Part shown: in pieces, positions 24,561-36,952 of the stretch
Position numbering within the stretch: the first letter of the stretch is position 1
Layout of the letters: each line of letters begins with the position of its first letter
Assembly: GCA_004764695.1 (NCBI GenBank)
Contig: SMSO01000032.1
Span: forward strand, 372,001-436,000
DNA from: Schizochytrium sp. TIO01
Lineage: Eukaryota; Protista; Bigyra: Labyrinthulomycetes
Direction: 5' to 3'
Length of the DNA: 64,000 nt
Made by a program: the position numbers and the translations under genes
The notes under the pieces: model-generated
The model's input: only the letters and a program-made list of their open reading frames with translations
What the model was told of the DNA's origin: nothing
Databases searched by the model: none

Positions 24561-25505
24561 ATGGATGGCCGCTTGGAGATTGGCAACCGCGAGGTTGGCA
24601 AATTGGAGATCTACTATATCATCTGCGTTGGTGATCAATCTGATGATCCATATCCTCTATATTACTGATTTGGCAGCTGATTTCTGGGTTGGTCCAGAGT
24701 AGAAGTCTGGAGATCTATGCCATTTTTCAATTTGGCGATTTGGTGACCCTCCTTAGCGCACTGATATAGTGAGATCCATATTCTCTATGTTTCTGATCTA
24801 GTGAATGACCTCTACGTTGGCCTGAATTGGCGGTCAAGTGGACTATTTTCTTTGCATTGATGATTAAGACCACTTAGTGATCTCAACTCGATTGATGACG
24901 GTCCACTTTACACATCGTGATATTATGCACATCCACACTCGATATGTTCAGTGACAACAAAGGAGAAACCCCACTCACTACTATTTCTACGAACAACACC
25001 GACAACAATTATGGCAACTAAACTACCCTCTCCATCATGGCTCTCGCTCGAATTCCTTAGTTTATGCCCTGCTCCCTCACAACGGCCTGCATTCATTTGT
25101 TAGGTCTCCCTGACTGATGGGGAAGGTAGATGGATGGAGGATGCTGACCAACCTCCTTTTCACCTCTCACCCACACAAGCAAAACAGAAAATCTATAAAA
25201 AAACAAAACCAGATAAAAGATAGTAACTTGTTGAAGTATCAACATACTTAACTTAGACATCACAACTACAAAAAGGCATAATTGAGTAAATGACCGGCTT
25301 GCTTCCTCGAATATCAATATGCAGCATCCAATCCATACGCTGCTGTTCCGGAGGTTTCAACATCTTGCTTTAAAACATAAATAACCTACTATGACTCACA
25401 AATGAGTTCAAAAACCAAACGACATCATACTCTTGCTTGACATAGTTTTCGACACAAAAAGCTCGTTGAACTTATTCACCCAAAACTAAAAAATACAAAT
25501 CGAAA

Positions 25506-27335
25506 CTAAATCAACATCTTGCTCTTGACAAATTGCTCGCAAATGGTCTGCACATGAGGCCGCATCTGTGCCCAAAGAACGCTAGCTTCCTTTCTCTTAG
25601 CTCGAATCTCATCACTAGCGCGCTGGCTTGCAGCTCCTTCTCTTGCAGCGGATACGTCCTTTCGTATATGCGCATAGTCTGTAGCACTCATCCGACGACG
25701 TCCATTGATCGAGCTGTGCAGAAACCACATCGCTGAGCGTAAACTATCCTCATTTGCACCAGGAACCAAAATGCTGAGCTTTTCCATTAACCAAGGACTG
25801 ACGTGAAAATCAATACCTGCAATAGGAATCGAAGGGGCTTTTAGCAGTTTAAATTCATGAGTGCCCATGCCATGAAGACTCTCCAAGGCTTGCATCCACG
25901 TTACGGGTGCGGAATTGTTGGTAGAACACTCGAACGATCGATATGAAAACCGATTCAGCCAAAGAGCCGACGCACGACGCAGCATCAGCGTGTCTCCTTT
26001 CATGCCTCCAAAAGATGCTCGGCAAAGCATCGCACGAATCACCGTAGCTTCACGAGCATCTCCCAGTCTATCCGCACGCTCTAGTAGTGCCTCAATGCTT
26101 GGTGGAATTGACTTATTTCCAAAGTCATCCTCATCACCCCATGAGATCGTATCTTGAAGAGGACTACTGCATACTTGCTGGACGATACGTAAAGACTGCT
26201 CGTAATCTTCCGTTCGAGGAGTATAACCGACAGTCAACGCAAGCATGAACCAGACAAGTTCATTTAAACCCGGGTGTAGAATACTGTCTTCGATGATTAC
26301 CACAGGCATGCGTCTATAAAATGCTTCTTGGTCCACCATAAGTAGCTCTGTAGCGCAAAATATAGCTGCGCTCGAAAGTCGTCTTCGAACAGCTTTTTGC
26401 ATCAGAGATTTCAGAATACCAGGACTAAACTGAGAGCACCGTCTCCCTTGCTGCCACAATTGTTGAAGTTTATGAGCGTCCGGACTGAATAATTTACATC
26501 CCGCACGCCCGACACGCTTGCATATGTCCTCGGCGTTATTATCTAGTTTCGAGAAATTCGCACTTCCGTGTAGCTCGAGTTCAACTCGACAACCACGGAA
26601 ATCGCCCTTGCCAACACTAGTCTTCTTGTATAGAACAGTGTTTTCTTTCCATGAGATGCAGTCAGGACGATGCTCAGCAGGTTTGATGTACCATTTACTT
26701 TGACCCTTTGCATCGAATTGGAAAACCTCTGGCCGTGGCCGCAACGAGGCAGAGTGCATCATAATTGCCATTGCATTGCGTCCGGTTTGCGGCTTCAAGG
26801 GCTTCTTAGTATGTGTTGCGGTAAAAGAGCCACCTGTAACAGCACTGCTTGTAGCAGCATTGGCAACCACAGTTGGGCTTTGTGTGGCCGATACGCGAGC
26901 AACTTTGGGTCGTGATGGCAAAGCACCTTGGTTCGATGAATCATCAACGTTGACAACATTATCGCCTGCAAGACCATCTTCGTCATCATCACCTATGCTA
27001 TCTTTAGTAAAGTCAAAAGTTGCACTTTGAGACTTCAAAGTAGATCCAGCTTGAGTTTTGACCTTCAAAGGGAAATGCGGAGATGAGAGAGATGCTCGTT
27101 TCGCTTGCTCCTCACCGCAACGTTCAACATGTAGCTGCACTACAGATGCGAGCAGATCTTTATTGCAAAAAGGACAAGTGACGACCTCACTTGGTTGCTT
27201 GCTTTCATCGCGCACGCGCTTCCGTGTTGGTGTCGTGCTGTTTGCCTTTCTAGCGCCGGCCAAAGGTGAAGAAGACAGAGACCTTGACAGTTTCGTAGGA
27301 GCGCTACCCGGTTTCTTGATCAGAAACCGGTCCAT
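25506..27335 (-). CDS. UBZ4 (Rad18-type) zinc-finger protein with a conserved helical C-terminal domain; putative DNA-damage-tolerance factor
   Basis: ATG at 27335 (MDRFLIKK). VTCPFCNKDLLASVVQLHVERC fits the C2HC UBZ4 pattern. The C-terminal domain reads KSLMQKAVRRR...RRMPVVIIEDS...RASFGGMKGD...GIDFH. Confidence 0.75.
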   Translation of the reverse strand: MDRFLIKKPGSAPTKLSRSLSSSPLAGARKANSTTPTRKRVRDESKQPSEVVTCPFCNKDLLASVVQLHVERCGEEQAKRASLSSPHFPLKVKTQAGSTLKSQSATFDFTKDSIGDDDEDGLAGDNVVNVDDSSNQGALPSRPKVARVSATQSPTVVANAATSSAVTGGSFTATHTKKPLKPQTGRNAMAIMMHSASLRPRPEVFQFDAKGQSKWYIKPAEHRPDCISWKENTVLYKKTSVGKGDFRGCRVELELHGSANFSKLDNNAEDICKRVGRAGCKLFSPDAHKLQQLWQQGRRCSQFSPGILKSLMQKAVRRRLSSAAIFCATELLMVDQEAFYRRMPVVIIEDSILHPGLNELVWFMLALTVGYTPRTEDYEQSLRIVQQVCSSPLQDTISWGDEDDFGNKSIPPSIEALLERADRLGDAREATVIRAMLCRASFGGMKGDTLMLRRASALWLNRFSYRSFECSTNNSAPVTWMQALESLHGMGTHEFKLLKAPSIPIAGIDFHVSPWLMEKLSILVPGANEDSLRSAMWFLHSSINGRRRMSATDYAHIRKDVSAAREGAASQRASDEIRAKRKEASVLWAQMRPHVQTICEQFVKSKMLI

Positions 27336-28059
27336 CTCCGCCACGCCTTTGCAAAACACCCGACTGATGTTTCCAATGTTCGCACGCAGCACTAAGTTAA
27401 CTTCCTCCTGCACTCGCCACCGAATGGTCTGATTCTGCTTTGGCCAGGGTCTCCTTATCTTACGAGTCCGTCTTCGTCTTCGTCTCCATCTTCTTTATTG
27501 TCAAGAGCTTTCTTACGCCGTAGTTGAGTAGCTCCGATACACATACTCTCTGTCTTGTTAAATGTCTCTGCGCACCACCTCTCCTCTATGTCATCAAGAC
27601 GGCCAATATCTCTGAGTCTTGTACGTACAATTGCGATGTCTTATGTCTCCAAGTTCTTAGTTGTTCTCCTCCGAGTCCGACTTGGAGTCCGAGCCCAAAG
27701 AACTCCACGTCCACCAAGCTCAAGATTTGTCCTGCTCGACATTCGCTCTCATGTCATCCAACAAGCACCTCGCCTTGATTTTCAACAAGAGCCGCCTTTA
27801 CGTACGGACCTACTTTGCTTAAGAACTTATGTTCAAAGCACTCCAAGTGACAACAAAGAAGAGTCTTTCGATTCCCCAAAAGCACCGCAGCAATAGCTTT
27901 CTAAATGCAGCGCCTACTGTGGACGGGGTACTACTAAACGAGTCCTACGGATTTAGGTTGAGAGGCACAGGACCTGCGGGTTGGTTGTTGCGGGGATCCT
28001 GACACGGCAGAAGCTGCTTAGGACTCGCTATGGGCCGGATAGCAATCGCTTCTCGTGGG

Positions 28060-28680
28060 AACTGGGTTGAGTATTATATTTAGCTCTAGTTCAAGAATGT
28101 CTTCGCAACCTGGCATGCGATGATGATGTGGAGGTGATGGCGGAGGAGGAGATTGGAGGAGAAAAGCGAGGGATGGTGGAGTGAGCGAGATTGGGGCTGG
28201 ACGTGGTGGCTTCAAGGGACTAGGAGGCGAATTTGGATAAGGTTTGGTTTTTTACTGACTAGAATTTGCAGAACTTCGTAGCACATCTGGACAGCGTAGT
28301 GTCTAGACATGGAAAAGCTTGTGGAAGACAACCATCGATGATCGACTTTTAAGACAGGAGGTGAAGAATATGAAACCTAGAGTTCTATTTGCATCGCGGA
28401 TAGAATGTTGAGTGCTGGGGAGATCTTTCCAAGGGTGCATTTGGATGCATTCAACAATACAGAATATGTGCAATCTTGTAAATGAAACTCTCGATGTTGA
28501 GTTGGACTATGAGTCGGACTGCGACTTCCCTTGCTATTATGACTATCATGGCCTTCTTGAAGTTGCCCGAAGAAGCCGTGAAGGAGGTGTTTGAAGAAGA
28601 GAGTGAATATCATACTGAAGAGGGAAGAGCCAACGAACATCACTTTGCTGCAGTATCGTTTTTCCGTGTTACCTACCTCT
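28060..28680 (+). pseudogene. Degraded coding-like remnant
   Basis: Protein-like fragments are interrupted by stops and frameshifts: ALVQECLRNLACDDDVEVMAEEEIGG...*; MEKLVED; IDDRLLRQEVKNMKPRVLF; NLVNETLDVELDYESD; IMAFLKLPEEAVKEVFEEE. Family not recognised. Confidence 0.4.
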
Positions 28681-29218
28681 CCACAAAACCAAAATTATTA
28701 TCAGGACCATGTATACCTTGCTGGCGTTCATTCCCTTGAAGTACAAAACGCAAATATATCAATACATCATTGATATCGATACGCATGTGTGCTACTGATA
28801 GGTCCCTAGCGACCCCTATGTATCAACTAGATATTACTACTACAAATCATCTTGCTTTTCAACGGCTTACCATCCCTCAAACTTGAAAGTCCATCAATAC
28901 AGTTCGGGTTTCCGTTCGCTACGAACCATTTGTTGAACATTCTGAGCTGGGAGAGTACATGCGATAGTGTCATTGTCGGCTGCGATCAACTTTATTTACG
29001 AGACAAAGGAGTCTTGAAGTAAAGCTTGATCGGCTGTCAACGGCAGCTGATCGACTGATTTTCTCGTCGTGCTCGGCAAAGTTGGGATCGACATATCAGA
29101 GGAGGCTCGCCGCAATTATTTTAAGGAAATAGCGAGACAAATTTAGAGGCTTTTAAAGCGTGAAGGCGGAACTTGAGAGGCTCAGTTGACTCGTGGTCGT
29201 GTCCTGAAAGAAATTGAT

Positions 29219-31994
29219 ATGAAACGCACAATGGAAGGTCTTCAAGGCATGCGTCAAAGCATGCGTGAAGAGGTTGCAAAAAAGAATCCTGTGCGCGTGG
29301 CAGTACGCTGTAGACCGTTGAATGATCGTGAACGTCGCGAAGGTCGACCAGCAGTTATCGATGTTGTTGGGCGTACTGTGCATATGCTAGGCACAAATAG
29401 TAATACTGGTGCTTCTGAGAGCTTTGATTTTGACTTTGGCTACGGGCCACAATCTTCGCAAGATCAGGTCAACACCGACATTGGCAACGAGGTAGTCACT
29501 AATGCGTGCGGTGGATACAATAGTGTTGTTTTTGCTTATGGAAAGACTGGCTCTGGAAAAACGTACACAATGACCAATCTCATTGAGTATGTCCTGTCTG
29601 AGCTTTTGGACAAGGTCCAGCAACAAAAAGATGCATCGGAAAAGAGCGGATCTGTACGTCCCCCGTCGATTCGCCTGAGTGCGTACTACTTTGAAATATA
29701 CAACGAAGAGATTTATGACCTGTGGGCGCCTTCCGGAAGACGCAAAATGACCCGCCCGATGTTTGTAAATCGAAAAACTGGATACATTGATTTACAAAGT
29801 CTTGGACTCACACGAGAAGCCGTGTCAAATTTGCAAGATATGCAATCTTTGTTAGATCGTGGCCGTGCTTCACGTGCAACGTCTGCAACGAAGCTAAACG
29901 CTCATTCAAGCCGAAGTCACGCAATTTTACGGATTGAGTGCATCCAAACAGAATACATCTACGGTGAAAACGAAAATTGTTACCGCGCGGTAGACACCCT
30001 GTCCTGTCATGATCTTGTCGATTTGGCAGGCTCAGAGAACACCCGCGCCAGCGGTGCTACTGGTCTCAACCACAAGGAGGCGGGTAAGATCAATCAGTCT
30101 TTGGTCACCCTACAACGTGTGATAGAGGCGCTCTTCCGAATGTCAAAGCTTGAAGCCTCCAAAAACCTAGATACGTCCTCCTCTGCTTCAGCAAATCAGC
30201 AGCAGGCTTCGCAAATTTTTATTCCTTATCGTGACTCCAAGCTAACCCATTTGTTAAGACCTTCGCTAGGTGGTAATGCCAAAGCTTTTATGATTGCCAC
30301 TGTCAGCCCGGTAGACCATCAGGCCAGCACTTCAACGTTAGACTACGCACGGAAGTGTGGGCAAGTTGTGAACCATCCAAAGATTAATAAAAATGATAAT
30401 GAAAAGGCACTCAATGAATGGAAGGCTGAAGTGGACTTGCTCTCACGAAAGCTGCAGCTTACACAAGCAAAACTTGAGGAACGTGCAGAGATTGATGAAG
30501 CCTCCTGGAAACGTCAATTGGTTAGCAAAGATGCACGTATTGCTGAACTCGAAGCAACTCTTGCTCAGCTTCGTGCCCAGGATGCATTGAAATCAAAGGA
30601 GCTCCAAGAGATGCAGAAGCGCACTGATAGCATCATGAAATCCAGCCAAGAGCTACGTGCGGCATTGGATCGAGAAGCAGAACGTTCTAGTCGAGCTCAA
30701 CAGAAGGCCCAAGATCATGAAGAAAGTATGAAGCACTACCGCACTGTGAATGAAGCTTTATGTACTGCAATCGACAAGCTTCAAGCCGTTGGTTTGGATT
30801 CAAACTACTCCCCCCATAAATCCATGTTGATGATTGGGACGCCCACAGAAAATAGTAATCCCAATGCTCTATCAAAGGTGAAAAATATCAGCCTCGAAAA
30901 GTGCTTCTAGAATGATGCGAGACTTTTCCGATACCTTAGAAACATTGACTAGGGAACGTGATTTTGTACGTCAAGTTGCTGCAGTTCACATCCACAACAT
31001 CGAGAAACAACTCGAGTCTGCTGTATCAACAAGAGATGAGGTCTACCACATTACTGTAGATCACGTAAGTTCAGCGATGGACCATGTTCAAAGGCTTGAA
31101 CAGTCTGTATTCTCTGCCAAGGATCGTTTAAGTGAGGCATTTGAACAGAACGATCAGGGTGAACTTTCCTCAGACGACTTGCAGGAGGTATTGGCAACCA
31201 GCCTGACTGTAATGTTCATCGTTGCAGAACGTTTGTGCGGCTCCATGAGTGAGGACCTTGATGCGCTGCGTCTGCGTCTCGAGAAAGCATATACTCCTCC
31301 TGTAGCTGCGCCCACCGCCATCAAAGTAGACGCTAGACCTATGCGTCGTCCTTCGTCTCCAGTTGCTCTTGACCTTAATACTACAGATTTCTTTGATCCA
31401 ATCAACGAAAGTGACCTCGACAGTGATGTTGACGATGACGGTGACGATGACGACGACGACGACGACGACGATGATGACGATAATGAGCAGGATGTAGAAA
31501 GTAGGGCGTCTACTTTTATTGATGGCTTTGATGTGATTGATGAGGAAGACGATTATTATGATGACAAGGAAGAAGCTACTTCTCATAACTCACAGACAAA
31601 TAATCTGGAATGCCGTGGAAATTTTCTCATCAGTGTCAACAATGATCTCCATCCTGAGGATGTTGGCAATAGTAGTCGCAAATCTAAAAATAGCCCTGCG
31701 GGGTCCATTGCAAGCCCTCTGACTGCTCTTAGCCCTTCAATAGGGCATTGTACCAAATTGAGTCCTAGTCAAACCCGGCAGTTGCAGGCTTCACCTGGCG
31801 TGAACGCGTTTCTTCAAAGCATAAGCGCGATGGCTGAGGAAGACTTCGCGGAGCTTGGCATTACACTTGTGGACGACCAGGAGGAGCAAGAACAAAGCTT
31901 TTTTGGACGTGGAAAGCCAAGCTTGCTTGACTTGACGCTTGATGATGGTGATATCGACGATGGATTTGTCACACCTGTAGGAACTCCACGATAG
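29219..31994 (+). CDS. N-terminal-motor kinesin with coiled-coil stalk and acidic tail, about 920 aa. Reading frame is broken (+1) at 30882-30910.
   Basis: Motifs VRVAVRCRP, P-loop AYGKTGSGKTYTM, YFEIYNEEIYDL, switch I NAHSSRSH, switch II DLAGSE and IPYRDSKLTHLL are present. The +1 frame is open from 30882 and continues into ORF 30912-31994. Confidence 0.9.
31423..31485 (+). repeat. (GAC/GAT)n coding microsatellite (poly-Asp in the kinesin tail)
   Basis: gatgttgacgatgacggtgacgatgacgacgacgacgacgacgacgatgatgacgat. Confidence 0.9.
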
Positions 31995-32202
31995 CTTGCG
32001 TGCTTTAGTCCGTACCCGAAGCTTTTAGAACAAGATTGTGTCATAAAGACTAGCAAATAGGCATAAAAGAGAGAATCGGCTTTAAAGCAAAATAAATTGT
32101 ACTTATCTCTATTCGCTATCCACATACTCTCCTTGTGTAGAAATATCGTTCGAGGGAGTCTTTTGACAGGTGGCCTGATTTGTCAAGTTCTACTTCTCGC
32201 GT

Positions 32203-33087
32203 TTATTTAGAAGGTGCTGAAACAACATCTGAGTTCTTATCAGCGGCCTTGCCTCTAGAATTCATGATTTTACGTAGAGTGCCAGGAAAATGTGCCTTGA
32301 GCCATAATGCGAAGAGAGCTTTGCCTTGAGCAATGATGATATACTCTTTCCCTCGCTTAATTTCATCGAGTGCACGATGTGCAAGGTAACTAGGCTCGTA
32401 GCCACTTGCTGTAGTGGCATCAGTTTGCGCATATTCGTTTGTGGCGCTTGTTGTAAGTGCCTTGTTGGACAGGTTTGTTTTTACATAGCCAGGACAAATA
32501 ATATTGACATGGACGTTGCGATGTGCAACCTCAGCACGAAGTGATTCAAAATAGCCATGAATTGCATGTTTTGAAGCGGAATAAGGCGCCCTTTGTGGAA
32601 GGCCCATGAAGCCTTGCACACTACTGACTACCACGAAGCGACCGCCTCCGTTCTCAAAGAAATGGGGCAACATAGCTTTAGTGATGGCGATAGTGCCAAA
32701 AAAGTTGACTTGAAAAAGTCGCTGCTCCACGCTGATGTCAGTCTCTGCGACTGACCCTCGGTTGCTAATACCTGCGCTAAGCACAACAATGTCAATCTTG
32801 CCGAAAGCCGCAATCGCAGCTTGGGCAAATTCAGGGGCCTTCTCCAGGTCAGCACTATCCATAGGTACAGCAGAAATATCTGCACCAGACGCCGCCGGCG
32901 AGCTTTTCAGACGTTGTACAAGAGACTCGAGGACCTCAGCTCTACGAGCAGAGACGACCACCTTAGCGCCCCTGCGGTAGTATTCCTCCGCGAGGGCCTC
33001 GCCAATTCCAGAGCTAGCACCAATCACCCACACAGTCTTGCCAGAAAATTCATTCGCAGAAACTCCAGAACTGAAGAAACTACCCAT
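32203..33087 (-). CDS. Short-chain dehydrogenase/reductase, DHRS7B-like
   Basis: Rossmann motif IGASSGIG, catalytic YSASK, VVVSSVQG and ICPGYVKT; the MGSFFSS start is a possible N-myristoylation site. Confidence 0.92.
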   Translation of the reverse strand: MGSFFSSGVSANEFSGKTVWVIGASSGIGEALAEEYYRRGAKVVVSARRAEVLESLVQRLKSSPAASGADISAVPMDSADLEKAPEFAQAAIAAFGKIDIVVLSAGISNRGSVAETDISVEQRLFQVNFFGTIAITKAMLPHFFENGGGRFVVVSSVQGFMGLPQRAPYSASKHAIHGYFESLRAEVAHRNVHVNIICPGYVKTNLSNKALTTSATNEYAQTDATTASGYEPSYLAHRALDEIKRGKEYIIIAQGKALFALWLKAHFPGTLRKIMNSRGKAADKNSDVVSAPSK

Positions 33088-34009
33088 GGTTGAGACTGCA
33101 GAAGAACAATATGCTTCTGTCGACTCAGACGCGTAAATCTGCAGAAACGAGCTAGCTCGCTGTTTACTATTTCTTCAAAGGAGGGATCTGTACTTCACGA
33201 ACTCGAAATCGAACTCTGTCCTTGACGACAAAGATCTATTTTATCATAAACCCACTGTCCGTCGAGAAGCTCCTGAGAAGTTTTGCCTAGCCCGTGTTGG
33301 ACTCTTTGTTCCTGCAATCTATGAGCTCGGAGAACGCCAAGGACGCCTTGAGTTGCAGGATTGCCAAAAGTTTGGTGACTATCTATATGATGGATCGATA
33401 GATCATACTAGGCCCTACTACTCTGATTATTAGGCCTAGTGTGAATATGCGATTTTTAATAAAAACAATTAGTCAGAACGCCTACGAAGGCCACCTTAGA
33501 AATTGCTCCTGTTAGAGAGGCACAAACAATATCTAAATTTGCTTCTCACCATTTCATTTAAAAAAAAACTATTATGTAAGGAGAGGGCCAGAAAAAGCAG
33601 GAATTTTATCCAAGAAGAGTACAAGAAGGCGATGTTTGAACAAATGTGAAAGAATTTTGAAGATCTTAGAAGTTTACTACATTATAGGTATGGGTTTGTG
33701 TGTGTGCCTGAATAACCTTGTGGAGAAAAGCAGTGTAGCGAAGTTTTTCTCATAGTAGCACCTGGCAACATGCGTTTTCCATATGCTGTACAATGACCAG
33801 AATTGAGGTCGAATATGTTATCTAACAAAGCAGAAGTGTTTTCCCTTCAAGAGTTTTTGGACAATTTCGAGTTGTTTAAATCACACACAAGTGAAATGAG
33901 GCCCAACAGGCTTATCGCCGTAGGGCCCTCGCCGAGGCAAGTGATTCTCTAGAGGCCACCGATCGTGGACAAAATAGAGAAATGAATCCAATTTGGTTCT
34001 CAAAGCAAT

Positions 34010-36427
34010 TTAGTTCTCAACCTTTTCACCGACAACCTCAACCTCAATGTCAAGGCCAGAGCCATCAGCGGCCGGTGAGATGGTAATGTGGGAAGCATCG
34101 AGAATGTCGCCCTTGAGAAGCTTCGTAGCAAGCGGGGAAAGGAGCTTGCGCTGGATCACACGACGTAAGGGACGCGCACCGTACGCTGGGTCGTAAGAAG
34201 CCTCAGCGAGCCAGTCCACAGCACCAGGGGCAACCTCGAGCTCGATGTTCCGGTCATCCTTGAGACGCTTCTTAATCTCGTCAAGCTGGATCTCCACAAT
34301 ACGGTCCATATCCTCACGACGCAAACGGTTGAAGATGGAGATCTCATCCACACGGTTGAGCAACTCCGGAGAGAAGAAGGCACGCACGCGTTCCATCACG
34401 AGCTCACGAACGGCCTCATCCTGTGCAGTAGCAGTGTTCGAGGCAAGGACATCGCTACCAAGATTTGAGGTCATGATGACAATAGTGTTACGGAAATCAA
34501 CGGTGCGACCGTGGGAGTCGGTAAGGCGTCCTTCATCAAAAAGCTGGAGGAGAATGTTGGAGACATCGCGGTGAGCCTTCTCAAACTCGTCAAGAAGAAT
34601 GATCTGGTACGGCTTACGACGAACTGCCTCAGTCAAAGTGCCACCTTCCTCGTAGCCAACATAGCCGGGGGGAGCACCAATGAGACGCGAGACGGAGTGC
34701 TTTTCCATGTACTCGGACATGTCGATACGGCAAATTGCGGACTCGTCATCAAAGAGAGATTGAGCGAGAGCCTTCACAGACTCGGTCTTACCGACACCAG
34801 TGGGTCCCAAGAAGAGAAAGACTCCCTGAGGTCTGCTGTGACCATGAAGACCAGCACGGCTCTGGCGAATGCAGTCTGCAACAGCATCGATAGCCTCGTC
34901 TTGACCTACAATACGCTTGCGGAGGGTCTCGTCAAGGTGCAAGAGCTTTTCGCGCTCACCGTGCATCAAGGAAGCAATGGGAATGCCAGTAGCGTGGGCC
35001 ACAACCTGAGTAATAAGGTCGCGTGTGACCGAATCCTCGAGCATGTTAGAGGACGAGGCAGCATTTTCAACCTCGGCAGAGTCCTCACGCGCAGCCTTGG
35101 CCTCGAGGTCTGGGATAATGCTGAAGCGGAGCTCACCTGCACGCTCAAAGTTGCCCTGCTTCTGGGCACGCTGGAGCTCGAGTTTGGCCTCTTCAAGACG
35201 AGACTTGGCGCCCTTGACTTCCTCGAGGCGGTTCTTCTCGCTCTGCCACTCATCACTGAGTTTCTTAAGCTCCTCTTCCATCTTGTCAACGTCAACCTGA
35301 ATCTTCTTGCGGCGATCGACTGAACCTGGGTCGGTCTCCTTCTTGAGAGCCTCGAGCTCAATACGCTTAGTGACAATGTCGCGCTCGAGCTTCCAGATGG
35401 GCTCAGGCTTAGACTCTTGCTGCATTCGCAAGCGACTGGCAGCCTCGTCGACAAGATCAATAGCCTTGTCAGGCATCTTGCGATCAGTCAAGTACCGATC
35501 GGCGAGAGTTGCTGCAGCCACGAGGGCCTCATCCTTAATGGTAACACCATGATGGATTTCGTACTTCTCCTTGAGGCCTCGAAGAATGGAAATAGTATCC
35601 TCCACGTTGGGCTCATCGACCAGCACAGGTTGGAAGCGGCGAGCAAGAGCAGCATCCTTCTCCACATACTGGCGGTACTCATCAAGGGTGGTGGCTCCAA
35701 TGCATCGGAGCTCGCCACGGGCAAGAGCAGGCTTGAGGATATTTGCAGCACTGACGGAGCCGTCTCCACCACCTGCACCCATGAGCATGTGGAGCTCATC
35801 AATGAAGAGGATGACCTTACCATCGCTCTCCTCGACGTCCTTCAGCACAGACTTGAGACGCTCCTCGAACTCACCTCTAAACTTAGCACCTGCCACGAGT
35901 GCCGCAAGGTCAAGAGAGACCACACGTTTGTCTTTAAGAGATTCAGGAACCTCTCCAGAGTAAATACGTTGAGCCACAAGTTCTGCTACAGCTGTTTTAC
36001 CCGTACCAGGGTTACCAATAAGCACAGGGTTGTTCTTGGTGCGCCTTGAGATGACTTGGATTACACGACGCAATTCGGCCTCACGACCAATCACCGGGTC
36101 CAGCTTGCCCTCCTTGGCACGTTCCGTAAGATCCACACCGTACTTTTTCAAGTTCTCTCCTTTGGGGGCAGCTCCAGGAGCCACCCATGGCTGCGATGGC
36201 GGTCCTCCGTGTTGCCAACGCCTCTGTTGGAGATGCGAAGAGTTTTTAGAGTTCGTCAACGCCGAGTTAAGCGAGCCTCCAAGTTGCTGTGTCATTGCTG
36301 CCATTGCAAATCTCGAGCGGGAGATCTGCGCAGGTGAGTTGTTCGCGAGCACCGATAGGTCACGACGCGTTGCCATGCGAGCCATCCGCGCAGGCCCTTC
36401 CGCACGACGAGCGGCGAATCTGAACAT
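34010..36427 (-). CDS. clpB: Mitochondrial ClpB/Hsp78 disaggregase (no Clp N-domain)
   Basis: [30 protein letters not shown], an M-domain coiled coil, [24 protein letters not shown] and YGARPLRR are present. An Arg/Ala-rich presequence replaces the N-domain. Confidence 0.97.
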   Translation of the reverse strand: MFRFAARRAEGPARMARMATRRDLSVLANNSPAQISRSRFAMAAMTQQLGGSLNSALTNSKNSSHLQQRRWQHGGPPSQPWVAPGAAPKGENLKKYGVDLTERAKEGKLDPVIGREAELRRVIQVISRRTKNNPVLIGNPGTGKTAVAELVAQRIYSGEVPESLKDKRVVSLDLAALVAGAKFRGEFEERLKSVLKDVEESDGKVILFIDELHMLMGAGGGDGSVSAANILKPALARGELRCIGATTLDEYRQYVEKDAALARRFQPVLVDEPNVEDTISILRGLKEKYEIHHGVTIKDEALVAAATLADRYLTDRKMPDKAIDLVDEAASRLRMQQESKPEPIWKLERDIVTKRIELEALKKETDPGSVDRRKKIQVDVDKMEEELKKLSDEWQSEKNRLEEVKGAKSRLEEAKLELQRAQKQGNFERAGELRFSIIPDLEAKAAREDSAEVENAASSSNMLEDSVTRDLITQVVAHATGIPIASLMHGEREKLLHLDETLRKRIVGQDEAIDAVADCIRQSRAGLHGHSRPQGVFLFLGPTGVGKTESVKALAQSLFDDESAICRIDMSEYMEKHSVSRLIGAPPGYVGYEEGGTLTEAVRRKPYQIILLDEFEKAHRDVSNILLQLFDEGRLTDSHGRTVDFRNTIVIMTSNLGSDVLASNTATAQDEAVRELVMERVRAFFSPELLNRVDEISIFNRLRREDMDRIVEIQLDEIKKRLKDDRNIELEVAPGAVDWLAEASYDPAYGARPLRRVIQRKLLSPLATKLLKGDILDASHITISPAADGSGLDIEVEVVGEKVEN

Positions 36428-36952
36428 GATTCCCCACGAAGATATCTATGTACTTTGCTAACCTAGAGGTAAATTATTACCGAAAAGCCTGCAGCCACTG
36501 CAGACAAAAACAACCGACCGGTCAGTCGATCGACGACAATCAACGTTTCCTAAGCGTGTCCGCGATGCAGTCGCAGACGAGGCCTCTCTCGCAATTGCTC
36601 GCGCTTTGCGGAGCGTTCTATTCGGGTTTTGCTGCTGCCGCTGCTGTCCTTGCGATTCCTCTTCTCTGGTCCTTCTACTGCCTCTTGGTAATTCCTACTA
36701 ATGCCCTCCAAAGTTCAACTTCAAGGACTTCTACCTGGGTCTTAGGCGGTCCTAGGCTTTTCCTGATTTTATTTCTTCTTCAAAGTTGTCTCTTGAAAAC
36801 TTAAATTTGCGCGAACTATTCATAATGATAATATGACTTTTGAAGGGAAAGTTTTTTTTTAGTTTTTTTTTCCTCGGCCTTTTCTGGATCTTCTGGATTG
36901 TTCCCTGTGTGGATCTCAGTGGATACAGTGTCATACTCTGACACACGAGACA

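Noticed and set aside
23468-24638. Multiple overlapping ORFs (124-267 aa) around the mS45-like gene
   Set aside because: GC-rich, low-complexity sequence lacks stop codons in several frames, and only one frame has a recognisable domain.
34156-36461. Long antisense and alternate-frame ORFs (up to 270 aa) over clpB
   Set aside because: These are shadows expected from the strong codon bias of a highly expressed gene, with no protein-like features.
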